64,000 nt of DNA from an uncultured Bacteroidales bacterium (lineage in GTDB: Bacteria > Bacteroidota > Bacteroidia > Bacteroidales > F082), in assembly GCA_905236635.1 (NCBI GenBank), contig CAJOCJ010000005.1:98045-162044 (forward strand). The letters are read 5' to 3'. A program made the position numbers and the translations under genes. This document shows positions 62,314 to 64,000 of this stretch, one piece after another. Within the stretch, counting starts at the first letter, position 1. The number at the start of each line of letters is the position of its first letter. The notes beneath the pieces are model-generated. The model made no database searches. It saw only the letters and a list, made by a program, of their open reading frames with translations, and was not told the DNA's origin.

Positions 62314-64000
62314 ATGAGGTTCGCGAAAGCCATATTGTTCTCCTTGCTTATGATGGTCGGAATGACTGTCGGCGCTCAGGTTTTCAGCGTCAATGGAACG
62401 GTATGCGACAGCGTCACCAAGCAGAAGCTGGCATTCGTCAACATCATCGTCAACGACGACGGCACCTTCGGCACCACCACCGACATCGACGGCAGCTTCA
62501 GCATCACAAGCAAAAAGGCTATCGAGAAACTCACATTTTCTTACGTCGGATATCAGAAAAAGTCAGTAAATGTTGATGATTTGAACCACAAGACCAACAA
62601 AATAGTCCTCAGTCCGATAAGTTATAAACTCGACGAGGTCGTGGTCTTTGCCGGCGAGAATCCTGCACATCGCATCATCGACAGCGTGGTACGTAATCGC
62701 AAGCATAACAACCCCGAGATGCTTGATTATTACTCATATACGATATACGACCGCATGGTCTTCACGATGGATACCACCGAGGTCGCCGACTCCGTCTTCC
62801 TTGATTTCGGCAAGATAGTCCGCGACAACGACATCATGGTGATGGAGACCGTCTCCGACATCTATCACAAGAAACCGAACAAAAACAAACGAGAGATCAA
62901 GGCAAACATAGTGTCGGGACTGAAGAACCCGCAGTATTTCTATGTCCTTGACGGCATGCAGAGCGCCCATTTCTACAACGATTTCATCACCGTTTACGAG
63001 AAAAACTACGTCAACCCCATCACGCCAGGCAGTAAGTCAAGATATTTCTTTGGGTTGGAAAATGTGATGCCCACCGCTGACGGCGACTCCTTATATATAA
63101 TCTCGTTCAAGCCACGCCGCAACGCCACTTTCGACGCCCTCAAAGGCGTTATGACCGTCACCTCCGACGGATGGGCCATCGTTAACGTGAAAGCCGAGGC
63201 CGCCGACAAGACCAACACCCTCGACGTGAAGATCCAGCAGCTATACTCGAAAATCAACGACTCCGTGTGGTTTCCGGTACAGCTCAACACCGACATCATA
63301 TTCATGAGGATGCTCGCCAGCAACCATGCCTTGATGCTTTCAACAGGCATGACAGCCGAAAATACCAACACCTCGCTCAATGGCATCGGTAAGAGCTATA
63401 TATCGAATATTAACATTACCGAACCCATTGAAAACAAGAAGTTTGGCTCCACCGACATCAACCTCGCCGAGGACTCCGGGATTAAGGATGAGACCTATTG
63501 GAAATACTATCGTAACGACAGTCTAAACGAAAGAATATTAAACACTTACAAAGTCGTTGACACCATTGTTGAAGATATGGTAGAAGAAATCGGCATCGAC
63601 ATGGATCAGCTGTTGGATGCCACCCACACCATCTTGAAAGACGGCTCCATACCATGGGGTAAGTTCAACATCGGGCTGTCAGACTTCATGAACTATAACA
63701 TCGGCAACAAGTTCTACCTCGGACTAGGTGTGAGCACTAACGAGAAACTCTCGAAAACCATAAAATTTGGTGGCTATTTCGGCTATTGGTTCGGTCCAAA
63801 ACATGCCAACTACGGCGGCAATATCGAACTGAAATTGCATAAGAAACAGGATCTCGGTCTGCGACTCGCTTTCGACCATATCTACAATGCTTTCGGCGAC
63901 TACGGATTCACAGACACCAAGAACATTCTCAGTGAGAGCCATTTCAAATATATCTATGTCAAATGGACCACTTTGAACACCACCGCCTCGGCCGAGTTAT
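62314..64000 (+). CDS. second DUF5686-like / CarboxypepD_reg-like protein (partial; runs off the right edge)
   Basis: My translation gives MRFAKAILFSLLMMVGMTVGAQVFSVNGTVCDSVTKQKLAFVNIIVNDDGTFGTTTDIDGSF... The frame was spot-checked open at 63721, 63901 and 63961. It is absent from the ORF track because no stop lies in the window. Confidence 0.8.
   Translation, partial: MRFAKAILFSLLMMVGMTVGAQVFSVNGTVCDSVTKQKLAFVNIIVNDDGTFGTTTDIDGSFSITSKKAIEKLTFSYVGYQKKSVNVDDLNHKTNKIVLSPISYKLDEVVVFAGENPAHRIIDSVVRNRKHNNPEMLDYYSYTIYDRMVFTMDTTEVADSVFLDFGKIVRDNDIMVMETVSDIYHKKPNKNKREIKANIVSGLKNPQYFYVLDGMQSAHFYNDFITVYEKNYVNPITPGSKSRYFFGLENVMPTADGDSLYIISFKPRRNATFDALKGVMTVTSDGWAIVNVKAEAADKTNTLDVKIQQLYSKINDSVWFPVQLNTDIIFMRMLASNHALMLSTGMTAENTNTSLNGIGKSYISNINITEPIENKKFGSTDINLAEDSGIKDETYWKYYRNDSLNERILNTYKVVDTIVEDMVEEIGIDMDQLLDATHTILKDGSIPWGKFNIGLSDFMNYNIGNKFYLGLGVSTNEKLSKTIKFGGYFGYWFGPKHANYGGNIELKLHKKQDLGLRLAFDHIYNAFGDYGFTDTKNILSESHFKYIYVKWTTLNTTASAEL

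Noticed and set aside
1-64000. CRISPR arrays, transposases, integrases, phage or conjugation genes, toxin-antitoxin pairs, rRNA or tRNA genes.
   Set aside because: I scanned the ORF products and all intergenic regions longer than 50 nt. No direct-repeat/spacer arrays, recombinase-like products or cloverleaf-compatible sequences were seen. The only repeats are the palindromic miniature family and the 34-mer pair.

Overview
This is a 64-kb chromosomal segment from a Bacteroidota genome, Bacteroidales-like. The assignment rests on TAnnTTTG -7 promoter boxes 16-90 nt upstream of most first genes, almost no Shine-Dalgarno sequences, and lineage-typical families (DUF4199, DUF4831, DUF3127, DUF349, DUF5686). 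A closer guess of a butyrate-forming Odoribacteraceae/Porphyromonadaceae-like organism is unverified.

I call 57 protein genes, one SRP (4.5S) RNA and one FMN riboswitch. My tally of intergenic gaps is about 2.4 kb, so roughly 96% of the window is genic. I saw no rRNA, tRNA, CRISPR array, transposase, integrase or phage genes.

Gene content, left to right:
- FecCD/BtuF-type ABC uptake genes.
- A tightly coupled mutL-rhomboid-EEP-uvrB-gltS string.
- kamE plus CoA-transferase subunit B, followed by crt-hbd-bcd-etfBA (butyrate branch).
- ffs, DUF4199 and a GT2 glycosyltransferase.
- gmhA-gmhB, a Na+/solute symporter and DUF4831.
- DUF3127, a TPR protein and gyrA.
- clpC-cca-miaA.
- HAD hydrolase, YgjP-like peptidase, thioesterase and ltaE.
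- pncB and a CYTH protein.
- The riboflavin operon ribD-ribE-ribBA-ribH behind an FMN riboswitch.
- DUF349 and aroC.
- An AmgK-like kinase, a MurU-like transferase and an AddB-like nuclease.
- A second EEP protein, a thioredoxin-like protein and mnmE.
- A five-gene Hdr-like redox operon.
- glmS, then two DUF5686 paralogs flanking a nitroreductase.

Most interesting observations:
1. The Hdr-like operon (52163-57094) combines HdrC/HdrB/short-HdrA-type subunits with a ferredoxin and a membrane-anchored HdrD/DsrMK-type fusion. No substrate-defining neighbour is present, so it is the best candidate for an uncharacterised system.
2. A palindromic miniature repeat family (GAGGATTTCTCC...GGTCGAAATGACG) has four copies. 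One is an exact 105-nt in-frame insertion in ribD. One supplies the last codons and stop of ribBA. Two are short in-frame fragments in other CDSs.
3. An apparent breakpoint in the lysine-to-butyrate cluster leaves only the beta subunits (KamE, CoA-transferase B). It coincides with a hairpin/34-mer repeat.
4. A kinase is fused to a RapZ C-terminal domain.
5. An SSB-like architecture occurs on a DUF3127 protein.

All family assignments come from motif recognition by eye. No database search was run.
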